A stretch of DNA of 64,000 nucleotides from Ginglymostoma cirratum. Taxonomy: Eukaryota. This document shows positions 11,691 to 23,405 of the stretch, one piece after another. The stretch is from assembly GCA_024137785.1 (NCBI GenBank), contig JAHRHZ010000019.1, positions 27,620,343-27,684,342 on the forward strand, written 5' to 3'. Made by a program: the position numbers and the translations under genes. Within the stretch, counting starts at the first letter, position 1. Every line of letters begins with the position of its first letter. The notes beneath the pieces are model-generated. The model was given only the letters and a program-made list of their open reading frames with translations. It searched no databases and was not told where the DNA came from.

Positions 11691-14094
11691 AATGCTGAGA
11701 TAAAACATGTATTCAGGTTTGTGGGGAAAAAAAACTTTTAATCCTATTAGCTTGTGTCATGAATCCAGTAAGCGTATCAAAGCTGCAATTTCTTATTACA
11801 ACTTCTTGAACTATACTTCATTCTTAGACGAACGTAACAACTGCTGAGCTCAAACTCATTGGCTCCTGAAACTCACTGAAGCATTGCTAATAGTTACATT
11901 AATGCCTAGATGTTAGACTGCTCTAAAGGACAGGTACTCCTTTCAATTCAAAACAAAGTACCTGCTAATCAATGTAGGAAAGCAAATGGTTAACTTTTTT
12001 TAAGTGGCAAAACTAGCCTTTTTAAAATTAACCAGAGGCAATTAAATCACAGTTGAAAAAATGCCAGTGCAGGGTGATAGAACATTTTGATACATTTTTC
12101 AGTGGATTATGGTGCTTTCTCCACTGTGAAAGTACTGTAATGTATGTGAATAAATGCACAAGGTCTTTCAATATAAGGATCAATTCACCTTTGAAGCACA
12201 GATAGACATGATGATTCATGATGATGCATCAAAAATGCATCTACATCACAACAGAGCAATTAATAGTAGCACTTTAATGCTTGGAAACATTTTACACTTA
12301 CCATCTGGAATGTTCTAGACTCTTCTTCAGGGTTTTCTCTACATCAGGCATTCGCAACCTGCAAAGCAGCTAGAGGAAAATGTCATGGGGTTTGGAAATG
12401 CAGAGGAAAATGGTATTTCCTCATAAATAAAAAAAAAACTAAACGTGGCCATTTGTGTGCTGCAATGTGCTTTTGAACTCTGGTAAATATCGGGCCAAAA
12501 TGTGTACTATTGCATTCTAATCTGGAATTAGGTTGGAAGTTCAATTGATAAACATAACTGACTGGACACTCTTCTGTGTGACAATGTACCCATGGTCATT
12601 TAAGCAGTTAATCAGTGTTGTAGTAATGAAGTGTAGGAGTAGAAAGGCCGTACTCCTGTTGATCAAGTACAGAAAGTTCTGGATTACAGCCCACACACTG
12701 TACATATTGTAAATTCCCTTCTTGCAGTAGGAATGACTGCCACTGATTTGGCCCTTGTTGTTGAACTCTTGCTTGTCAGTTGAAGTTCACACAGATTTTT
12801 CACCAGGCCTGCCCAGAAAACTGTCTCCTCCAACTTCCTGTGGACTTGCGTAATATTTCCTTGCTTCTTGCATAACCATGATTTCTGGCTGGATCCCTGT
12901 CCAAGTCCTATTTGTGAATTACAAAAGCTGTTGTGAAAGTGTAGTCACCAGTAAACAATGAAACATACAACGAAGTTATTTTACGGCATCAGATTGTATT
13001 TACATTAAAGAAAATTCTGGTCATTCCAAATCAGCAAACAAAGGCTGAGGTTTGACGTTATCCTCACGGAACATTAAGCTTGACGCATACCATATTGTTT
13101 AGTACTGAAACAATGTTTCAAACCTACAAAGTATAGAGTGCCAGCAGTTTTTGTGTCACTTGTCTATTACTTGAAAATATCTCTGCTCCATATAAATATG
13201 GAGCTTGTTAAATACGCTTTTCCCTGTTGCTCTTCTGGTTATTAAAGGTAATGAAGATCAAGCTTTTTTAAAACATGATCAAAATGAAATAGAGTTGGAG
13301 CAGTAATTCAGAGTGTAAACATCTCCACAAAGTGTTGTACTTTGATTCCCATGGTGCAAATTGCTCAAATCTGATGGTTGGTTGGACTGATAGTAAAGTT
13401 CTATGTTGTGGATAATGGTCATATCACATCGGTGATGGGGATGGTAAAGCTAACATCTTCTGTTTTATTTTGATGCAGCCATTCCTTGAAGTTGGCTTGT
13501 GGTCATATATCTTTCCTGTAGTATAAGGGGTTAAGTCTGATGGTGTGATGTGATAAGGAAACTCAGTTTGCATCATCAAAATGTCATATGATTTCACGCT
13601 CTCTGGTACGTAGAATAAAGTAGCAGTTGTTGAGTTATCAGGTTTGAAGATAATGAACTTGGATTTACAAAGAGATCTATGACTATGCAAATAATTATAT
13701 TCAAAGCATTACAACAGTGCACAAAAGGTATGCCAAAAGCATTATATCATTGTAATTCCAATTTGTATTGATGTTTGATCAGAGGCATTGGATGGTTATA
13801 GTTCACAAATAGCTTACAACAATGTTGAATTCAGTTTCGTTTGACATGAAGGTATTTCGGCCAGTTCATCCAAAAATTTTCTTCATTTTACCTTAGTTTG
13901 TTCCCCAAGTAAAAATTGCATATAAAGGTTGCAATATGTCGCTGTCTTAATTATCACCAAATCTCTCACCAATTCTATTCTGGGGATCAAGATCGACCAA
14001 ATATTTAACTAGAAAGGCCATATAAGTACTGTTGCTACAAAAGACTCGATATACTAGTGAGTAACTAATAAACTGACTTCTGAAAATCTGTTCA

Positions 14095-14365
14095 AATCTA
14101 AAGGGACAACTCATGAGTGTGATGGGATATTCTCCACTTGCTAGGATGAGGGCAACCCCAACAATACTTGAGAAGCTTGATACAATTCATGACAAAGCAA
14201 CCCACTTGATCAGTACCTGTACATAATCTTCAAAATTTGTTGCCTCCTTCATTAGTGCAATGAGTCTGCAGTGTGTGTGATCTACAAGATACACTGAAAC
14301 TTACCAAGATTTCTTTGATAGTATCTCCCAAATATGTGATCTCTACTACTAGGAGGACAAGAACG
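14095..14365 (+). mobile_element. Non-LTR retrotransposon ORF2 C-terminal fragment
   Basis: Reads approximately MSVMGYSPLARMRATPTILEKLDTIHDKATHLI. The 3' part matches 1605-1650. Confidence 0.65.
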
Positions 14366-15412
14366 TAACTTCGAAATCCTTCCATGGCCTTGCCCCATCG
14401 CAGCTTAGGGATTTCTTTCAGTCCTCACGTCCATCCATTAGTCTTGTTAACCAATTATTTCAGTCCACTATTGGCAGATTCTCATTCCATCACTCACCTC
14501 CTAATCCTGGAGTACACTTCTAAGTTCCCTGTGCGTGATCACTTTCCTTCTTCTCTCCTTTTTGTTTTGGAATCTCCACAAAACAACACCCATAGGAAGC
14601 ATGTTTAATGTTGAGAAAGGTCCTATGCTACTTAAGAGAAGCAAATTCAATAAGTATGAAAAGTTATGTTTAGTGGTTGGCTTCAGCTTTCTAGTCTTCA
14701 TTTTTTTTAATCCTTGGCATTCACTTTTATCCTTCATAGAGCAAAGCTCTGGACATGTTTTCTTCTATGTGAGAAACTCGGTAGAAACACAAACTTATTG
14801 TTATCTCCATCACAATACTGCAAGAAAATCAAAATATTTAAGAAAATTGAATCAAATTTGTTTTGAGTTGTGCAGAGGCTTTACTGGTCTGCTAACATTA
14901 GGAGTTATCTGTAGAACTTCAGCGATTGTACTTTCAGTGGGTGAAATATCTAGTATTTTTCTGCAAAAAATGCAGTAAACCTGCAAAATAATGCGGATTT
15001 ACTTACCACAGTGTATCACCAATACTTCAATATTTTAGTTCAGAAAAGTTAAATTAATTTTAAGATTCAAGACATAAAGAGACCCTTCATTTTTAATCAA
15101 TGTTGCATAATGAAGCCATTAAAGCATCAACAATATTTGTTATGCTCACCACAGGTCCATCAGCAGAAATTATAATGCTTTGTTTTAGCAATGCCAGCCT
15201 TGGTGAAAATATGAGACATCTGGATTGTGAGCATCAAGCTCTTTATAATTATAACATACAAACATACAGACTGTAGTGGTACAGCCAAAACCCCTTAATG
15301 CAACTCCAGCTGTAAACATTAGCAATTTTAAGAGTTTTGACAGTTGATCCCTCAGAAATTGCACCTCTTTTTGGATTACTGAAACCAGCTGGTATAAATG
15401 CTGGTATAACAC

Positions 15413-16658
15413 ATAAGAACATAAGAACTAGGAGCAGGAGTAGGTCGTCCGGCCCTTCGAGCCTGCTCCGCCATTCAATAAGATCATGGCTGATCTTTTC
15501 GTGGACTCGGAGCCACTTACCCGCGCTCTCACCGTATCCCTTAATTCCTTTATTGTTCAAAAAAAATCTACCTTATCTTTAAAAATGTTTACTGAAGTAG
15601 CGTCAACTACTTCATTGGGCAAGAAATTCCATAGATTAACAACCCTCTGGGTGAAGAAGTTCCTTCTCAATTCAGTCCTAAATCTGCTCCCTCTAATCTT
15701 GAGGCTATGCCCTCTAGCTTCACCTGCCAGTGGAAACATCCTCTCTACTTCTATCTTATCTATTCCCTTCATAATTTTATATGTTTTTATAAGATCCCCC
15801 CTCAATCTTCTGAATTCCAATGAATATAATCCCAATCTACTCAGGCTCTCCTCATAAGCCACCCTCCTCAACTCTGGAATCAACCTAGTGAACCTCCTCT
15901 GCATCCCCTCCAGTGCTAGTACATCCTTTCTCAAGTAAGGAGACCAAAACTGCACACAGTACTCCAGGTGTGGCCTCACCAGCAGCTTGTACAGCTGCAA
16001 CATAACCTCTCTGCTTTTAAACTCAATCCCTTTAGCAATGAAGGACAAAATTCCATTTGCCTTCCTAATTACTTATTGTACCTGCAGACCAACCTTCTGT
16101 GATTCATGCACAAGGACACCCAGGTCCCTCCTGCATAGCAGTATGCTGCAACTTTTTACCATTCAAGTAATAATCCTTTTTACTATTACTCCTACCAANN
16201 NNNNNNNNNNNNNNNNNNNNNNNNNNNNNNNNNNNNNNNNNNNNNNNNNNNNNNNNNNNNNNNNNNNNNNNNNNNNNNNNNNNNNNNNNNNNNNNNNNAT
16301 CAATCCCTTTAGCAATGAAGGACAAAATTCCATTTGCCTTCCTAATTACTTATTGTACCTGCAGACCAACCTTCTGTGATTCATGCACAAGGACACCCAG
16401 GTCCCTCCTGCATAGCAGTATGCTGCAACTTTTTACCATTCAAGTAATAATCCTTTTTACTATTACTCCTACCAAAATGTACGACTTCACATTTAATTAC
16501 ATTGTATTCCATCTGCCAGACCTTTGCCCATTCACTCAATGTATCTATGTTCCTCTGCAAAGTTTCACAGTCCTCTGCACACTTTGCTCTGCCACTCATC
16601 TTAGTGTCATCTGCAAACTTTGACACCCTACACGTGGTCCCCAACTCCAAATCATCAA
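15413..16658 (-). mobile_element. Relatively young 5'-truncated CR1 LINE (RT C-terminus + 3'UTR)
   Basis: ORFs with VSKFADDTK, WQMEYNVIKCEVVHFG, LVRPHLEYCVQFWSP, RLRGDLI, FFTQRVVNLWN. (ttcttatg)n tail. 8-bp TSD tataacac at 15405-15412 and 16659-16666. Confidence 0.95.
16199..16298. other. Assembly gap (100 N) with duplicated flanks
   Basis: 16023-16198 is repeated at 16300-16475. Confidence 0.95.
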
Positions 16659-16689
16659 TATAACACCCGAAATATCTAGAAGTTAACTC

Positions 16690-16805
16690 TAATGGCAATG
16701 CAGCACTGCCTCAGTACTGCACTGAAATGTCAGTCTAGATGATTTAGGAAGTTCTGGAGTGAGGCTTGACTTGACAGTTATCTGTTTCAGAATCTGACAT
16801 TGACT
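16690..16805 (-). mobile_element. Deu-domain SINE (SacSINE1/AmnSINE1-like) 5' fragment
   Basis: caatgcagcactgcctcagtactgcactgaaatgtcagtctaga is the antisense of the conserved gcagtactgagggagtgctgca motif. Confidence 0.6.
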
Positions 16806-18619
16806 TACTTTTTTTGAATTTGTGATATACCTTTTGATCGCAACTTTGTAAGTTCAAGACAGAATGAAAGACATAACGAATTAGACAAGGGCCCAAACAT
16901 ATTAATAGTAATCTTGGCATTTAGCAAGTAACAATTGGCAAATGAGGATAAGGTTAGCATTAGTTTATCACGCATTAGTAATTTCTGCATTTGGCAATAA
17001 TATAGTTAGTGACATACATTGTCAAATCACATGGCACAGAGAATTGCAAATCAATTTTTGGATTGGATTGGGATCAGTAGATGGAATTAGAATTCCACTT
17101 TCATCTCTGTGTCTCTCAGAGAATGGAGATAGTCATTCCAGACTACTTAGATTGTATTGAAGACATTTTTGAGTTCTCCTTACCTGTCAATTATATTCTG
17201 TGTGGAAACTGTAAGTCAGGATTTAAATCTGTTCTGCATAGAAACTGCACAAAAGAGTAAACATCCATGTGTAGTGTACATGATTTAAGAAGCATCATTT
17301 TCATTACCTGTATGATTGTTTTAGAATGCCCTTCTGAATCCCACAAAGCTTTCTCTATCCATACATACTCCTCAATATCACATTCCCCTATGGAGCCTCT
17401 TGATCTCTCTGTACTTACCTTTCGCACGGTGGGTGGTTTCCTCAGCAATGCACCAAAGTCTACATAACATGTTTAAATCCATTACTGGGGGACCAGCCGG
17501 TCAATACCAAAGACCTCATGGTACGCTTGTCCACCTTCACCACATTGGTTGACTCAAAGTTTGGGTCAGACGCCAAGCTTAAATTATTTAAGTGAGACCT
17601 GGAAGTTAAAATAGTCATGCAGGCAATCCTCACACTCATTCTTAGGTCCACATAATGGGTTTTCTCACTCACACATCCCACCCAGTTGAAATCAGAACTA
17701 TAGTCTCTTACCGCTATTAAAAATAGGGTTGCAGGTGTGGGTCATGTTACAAAGGAGGTGTTTTTCTGTAAAAGGGTGAGCTGTAAACATACATCAGAGG
17801 CTGGACTGTCTCAGAAAGTCTAAATGCTTCTTGTTTACACCAGTCAGTACAGTAATCTTTATGTGGAATCATGCATGTCAACCCGAGACAACTACAAGCA
17901 GGCCCCTTTTCAAAATCAGATAAGTTCTTTCTAGGGCACTTGTTTACAACCAATAGGATAATTAGTCTTCTCTTATCTGACGCTGATTGGAATCATTTGT
18001 AGAACATCTGACTTAGGCACCTCCCTTGGATGGACTGCCCTGTAAAATTAAAATCTGGAGCAACACTCTGCTTTACCAGAACTGGAGCAACAGATGTATT
18101 GAATGTTTCCAGCTTTTACTGGATTTTACACTGCACAAATATTTTCATCTTAACTATTTACTCGAGTTGTTTCATTCCTGTGTTATACACACTGCGCTGC
18201 ACGCCCAAATGACACATTGGAAAAAATGTTTGACTGTGACAGGGACCAGTGACTGGCTTCAATGGAAACAAGTCTAAAGCCATAGCCATCACACATGGCA
18301 GTTTCTAGCAACTAGGATGGCCATTCACTTCAACTTTGCATGTGTTAGCTATACTCTGAGAATTTTAAAATTTTCTTATTTTATAACCGACACAATTTTA
18401 TAACCTACACTTGACCTATGACATAGGCCTTCTGAAGTGGGCAACCATTGTACGTGGAGCAAGTTTCCATTACAGATAGCATCTCCAAACAAAAAGTCTA
18501 ATACAAACAGTCCACTGAGTGGATTTGAAGATGCCATATAGACTTCAGCGCAGTACTAAGGAAATGCTACAATGTTGGAAATGCTGGGATTGTCTTTTTT
18601 TTTGGAAAGCTGAATTTTT

Positions 18620-18815
18620 AAGAACTCATTCACTGGATATGGGCCACCGTTTATTGTCCTTTACTAATTGCCTAAAGGGTAGTTAAGAATCAACCATGTT
18701 GGTAGGGTCTGGAGTCACATGTAGGCCTGACCAAGAAAGGACAGCAATTTCTTTCCCTAAAGATTTTGGGTTCTAAAGGATATTAGTGAACCTGATGCAT
18801 TTTTCCTAATAATTG
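18620..18815 (-). mobile_element. Non-LTR retrotransposon 3'-end fragment, antisense
   Basis: cattcactggatatgggccaccgtttattgtcctttactaattgcc resembles the antisense of the 1860-1920 tail. Confidence 0.5.
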
Positions 18816-18944
18816 TTTCAAAGACATCATCACACATTATCAAATGCAAATTTCACATCTGACATGTTAACATTTGAACCCAGGACCCCAGAAAATCACC
18901 AGAGGCAGGTAGGCAGAGTGAGAATGCTACACTTGGGGTTTCCC

Positions 18945-19290
18945 ATAGATTTCCATGGCAGCAGTCTTGGTGCCTTCATTCTGCAGCGGCCTACTGTGCT
19001 AACTGCATTTCAGTCATTGTGGAAAGCCAAAGGCTGGTCACTAAGCATCAAAGTTATCTGCTCACAATATGACATGTGGCTCCAATGTATAACACACACA
19101 CACACACCCACACCACGCACACAGTAAAAGCCATGCTGCCACAGATAGTGTGATAGAGCAGGTCATTGGTGTGTTGAAACAAAACATCTGCTGCAAGGCT
19201 TGCTGAGGGAGAACCCTGTAGTACTCTGTAGAATTAGTGCCAAGACTCCCAGTGCTCTGTTAGATGTGGCACAACCTCACACACATGAGA
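18945..19290 (+). mobile_element. Decayed PIF/Harbinger (HARBI1-like) DDE transposase
   Basis: FHGSSLGAFILQR (~PGSSHDAFILR), SHAATDSVIEQVIGVLKQ (~H..TR..IE..IG.LK.RF) and a ...HNL motif near 19270-19280, with frameshifts and stops. Confidence 0.75.
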
Positions 19291-20339
19291 GGACAGTCTG
19301 TGCCAGCAGCTACAATGGAAGGTGCTGAGGAGCAGGAGTTAGAGGATGGAAGGAGACAATCTAGAGAGCCCAGATGCAGACTGCATTATGGTGGAATGTG
19401 CTGGCTAGCTGATGGGCAAAAGCAGGGACAGTAATAGAATAACACAGTTGGAATGATGAATGCTGTCACCCGGAGAGAAATTGGCAGACTCATTGGCACC
19501 TTGGAACCAGTACCATGCTCCTGAGACAGTGCCTCTGTAATCCTGGAAATCTGTTGATCCTGTTTGCACACAATTCGTGTTCCCCTGTATGATGTTCCAT
19601 CAAAATGCTCATTTCTGTACAGTACTTGTGTATGGACTCACCCTTCACTCTATTTCAAAAGTTGTGTAAAGCACCATAAGATAACCTGAGTAGGTAAGGC
19701 TAGATTCAACAGTCATTTTCAAAAGGGAATTGAAAGTAAACTTTTAAAGAAAAAATGCCCTTTACCAAAGCAAGTACAGGTACTATTGGCTGAACAACTT
19801 CCTCTGTTTTAAGTTAATGATAAAAATGTAAATATTATCTTAACATAAAAATGGCAATTACGGATGTATCAAAGTCTGTAATCCTCATTTTTAGTCCAGG
19901 TTTACTGCTCCAACTTCCTTTCACAATGAAGTCCGACACATTGTTGTTTGCTTAATATAAAACTGTTCAGAAGCAAGCAGACGCTTTTCCATCAAAGCAA
20001 AATACTATGCATGCTGGGAATCTGAAATAAAATGCAGCAAGTGATGCTATCAATGATTTGATGAGGGAGAAGAGAATGAATGCAAGGTTGTATTCATCAC
20101 CTGAATGCTAATCTGTTAGAATGGAGAATTTCCAGTTCACTGGGACAAAAATCAGACTTTATGATGGACTGTTAGTGCAGTCTGACAGATTATTCCCCAG
20201 ACGGTGAAAGTGAGATTGATACTGGGTAGCTTTGGGCTTCCCTTTTGCCGATCCTGGAGCATGTTGACTTGTCCAAGAGTGAGCATTAGACCAGCTATCT
20301 GGATTCAGCCTGCAGGTTCTTACATTGCAGAAAGAGACC

Positions 20340-20730
20340 ATCACCCCATTGCATTTCCTTTTTGAACTATATATTCAATCTTTGAAAGTCAGTGCGCTGA
20401 ATTTGCTTTCAATAACATTGCAGCGAGTGCATTCTGGATCACGACCATACATTGTGTAAAATAAAACTGCTTCAATTTCTCTCTGGTCCTCTTGCCAATT
20501 ATTTTAATTCCTTGTCCGTTGGGTACTGGACCTCGCACCTGTGGAAACAGTTTCTCCTTATTTATGCTATCAAATTGCTTTATAACTTTGAATGCATCTA
20601 TTAAATCTTCTCATAATCTTCTTTTACTCAAAGGAGAATAATTTTCGCTACTCTAATCTTGTGTTGTGATTCTCTCATTCTGGTAAACCTCTGCATTTTC
20701 TCCAAGGCCTTGACAGCCTTCCTAAAGTAT
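20340..20730 (-). mobile_element. Old CR1 LINE 3' fragment
   Basis: ggaaacagtttctcc...tataactttgaatgcatctattaaatcttctc...ctccaaggccttgacagccttcctaaag, antisense CR1 C-terminal motifs. Confidence 0.6.
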
Positions 20731-21409
20731 ACTATTTATAATTGGTGTGAAAAAAAATACCCCATGCCTGTTGTCGATAACATTAAGGACCCTCTCAGAG
20801 GAAGGGATCATTGAAAGACCACTAAGAGTAGCTCAAAAGTGGGAGGGAAGCAACAAGTTTGCTGGAGATACATTTGCGTAAGTAGTAATGGAAACAAGCA
20901 AGCACAATCTCATAGAGTGGTCAGTGACATAGATGAATGCGTGTATTAAATACAATGAGACAACAAGGAATAATAAAGAACCATGGGTCACAGTCACCTA
21001 GGTTTTAACTTTGACTACAGACACATTGATACTCTGAGAAGAATAGAAACTGCACTAAAGGGATCAGACGGGACATTTTGAGGAAGAATTGGACATGAAG
21101 CTGGAAGTGTCAGCACAATCAAGGATTTTCATGAAGACTAGGTTTTGTGGTAGCAGACAATATTTCCCTCTGTGCATGGTTTTTAGTGACAGCATGTTGT
21201 TATGTACTGTGGAATTAAAAACAAAAGATGCACGCTTGGTTATTCAGCCATCGAGTGCACAAAAACCACAATTGTGGAATAAAAACAAAATGCTGAAAAT
21301 GGGGAGGGGTTGTTCATTATCTGACAGAGTATATTGAACATTTAAGTTCAGTTTCTTTAACAGTTACGTGAGTTACCCAAAGTGAAAAGTCTTTATTTCA
21401 GATGCTAAC

Positions 21410-22985
21410 TAGTCAATGTTGCTTCTTTGTTTAAGGAGGGCAACAGGGATAATGTGGGAAATTACAGGCTGGTGAGCCTTATGACAGTGGTCGGAAAATT
21501 ATTGGAGAAGATTCTTAGGGACAGGATTTACTCACATTTGGAAAATTGTGGAATCATTAGCAATAGGTAGCGTGGCGTAGTGCAAGGGGGAATTGTGTCT
21601 CACAAACTTGATTGAGTTTTTTGAGATAACAAGGTGTAGAGCTGGATGAACACAGCAGGCCAAGCAGCGTCAGAGGAGCAGGAAAGCTGACGTTTCAGGT
21701 CTGGACCCTTCTTCAGATTTGCTGTGTTCACCCAGCTCTACACCTTGTTATCTTAGATTCTCCAGCCTGGGCAGTTACTATTATCTCTGAGTTTTTTGAG
21801 GAAGTGACAAAGATGATTGATAAAGACGGCAATATCGGTGGATGTTGTCTACATAGACTTTAGCAAGGCCTTTGACAAGGTCCCTCATGGCAGGTTATAG
21901 AGAAGGTGAAGTCACATGGGATCTGCAGTGAGCTGGTGAGATGGATACAGAACTGGCTTAGTCATAGAAGACAGACAGTAGTAGTGGAAGGGTGTTTGTC
22001 TGACTGGAGACCTGTGAACAATATTGTTCTGCAGTGTGTGTATATATAAACTGTTTTGGAGAAGAATGTAGATGGCCTGATTAGTAAGTTTGCAGACAAC
22101 ACAAAGATTGGGGGAGCTGTAGGTAAAGAGGAAAATTGCCCAAGGATACAGCAGGGTATGGATGGGGTGGAGACGTTGGAAGAAGAAATGACAGTTGGAG
22201 TTTAATCTGGACAAATGCAAGATGATGCATTTTGGAAAATCTGATGCAGAAGGGAAGTATACAGTAAATCTCAGAACCCTTAGGAGTATTAACCTACAAA
22301 GGGATCTTGGCATACAGGTTCAAAGTTCCCTGAAAGTGGATTAGGTGGTCAAAAGGCATGCTTGCTTTCATTAGTCAGAGCACCGAGTATAAAAATTGGC
22401 AAGTCGTATTGCAGCTGTATAAAACTTTAGTTAGGCCACGTTTGCAACATTGAATACAGTTCTAGTCACCACACGACCAGAAGGATGTGGGTGATTAGGA
22501 GAAGGTACAGAAATGGTTTTCCAGGACATTGCCTTGTTTGGAAGATATTAGCTATGAGGAAAGATTGGACAAATTTGGTTTGTTTTCACTTGAATGTCAG
22601 AGGATAAGGGGTGACCTGATAGAAGTTTACAAAATTTGAGAGGCATGGATAGAATGGATAGTTGGAGACTTTTTCTCAGGATAGAAATGTCAACTACTAG
22701 GGGACATACCTTTAAGGTAAAAGTGTAAAGTAAAAATGAGACAAGAGAGGCAAGTTTTTTACACAGAAGGTTGTAAGTGCCTGGAATGTGCTGCCGGAGG
22801 AGGTAATAGAAGCAGTTACAATAGCAATGTTTAAGAAGCATCTTGACAGATACATGACTAGGCAGGGAATAGAGTGATATGGACTATATATAGGCAAAAG
22901 GTTTTTAGTTTAGAGAGGCATCAGTATCGATGCAGCCTTGGTGGGCTGAAGGGCCTGTTCCTGTGCTGTACTGTTCTTTATTCTT
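21410..22985 (+). mobile_element. CR1 LINE, RT domain to 3' end, interrupted by a PLE mini-element
   Basis: GNYRLVSL...LTNLIEFF[insert]EEVTKMID...DVVYIDFSKAFDKVPHGRL...ISKFADNTKIG...RIRGDLIEVYKI. 3' tail gggctgaagggcctgttcctgtgctgtactgttct. Confidence 0.93.
21623..21787 (-). mobile_element. Palindromic PLE mini-element (family A), same architecture as 7489-7651
   Basis: The reverse complement aligns end to end with 7489-7651, including the junction cacagcaaatctgaagaagggtccagacc. TSD tgagttttttgag at 21613-21625 and 21788-21800. Confidence 0.9.
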
Positions 22986-23139
22986 TGCTCAGGAAAGGCA
23001 GCATTTTCTCCTTCTAATTCAGACCTTGCTCTTATTCCAGATATAATTGTGATAAAATTGGACGTTAGGTAGACATTCATGGAGGAATATTGTAACTAAC
23101 TCTGGCAGTTATGCATTGAATAAGTGTTTTATCTTGTTG

Positions 23140-23405
23140 CTACCTCTATTCTTTGCTTTTTGTTGTATGACTTGGCCATTTAATCTCCACTTCCCTAATC
23201 TAGATCATCCCTTTTGTTCTTCCTTGTGCTCGCCATATTCAATGACATATAACCCAGCACATTTCCAGCCTCCTTCAGTTTTGAAGAAGTCATTTTCAAC
23301 TCAAAACATTAACTGTTTTTCCCTCACCATGGATGTTGTCTGACCTGCTGAGCGATTCGAGCACTTTCTATTTTTGTTTCAGATTTCCAGAGTAATATGC
23401 TTTTA
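23140..23405 (+). mobile_element. Old PLE 3' end with degenerate hammerhead motif
   Basis: cagttttgaagaagtcattttcaactcaaaacattaactg...tgacctgctgagc...tttttgtttcagatttccag. Confidence 0.6.

Noticed and set aside
13184-13203. Palindrome gctccatat-aa-atatggagc resembling a CArG box
   Set aside because: Ten A/T bases rather than six, and a 9-bp-arm palindrome is not unexpected in 64 kb.
12560-13920. Long stop-free stretches on the minus strand suggesting a decayed viral or transposon ORF
   Set aside because: No motif could be recognised in any frame by eye; a tBLASTx search would be needed.
14535-14978. 147-aa hydrophobic ORF
   Set aside because: Non-ATG start, no recognisable domain, and T-rich composition explains the hydrophobicity.
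15557-16048. 163-aa ORF as a host gene
   Set aside because: It is the CR1 ORF2 C-terminus within a 5'-truncated LINE.
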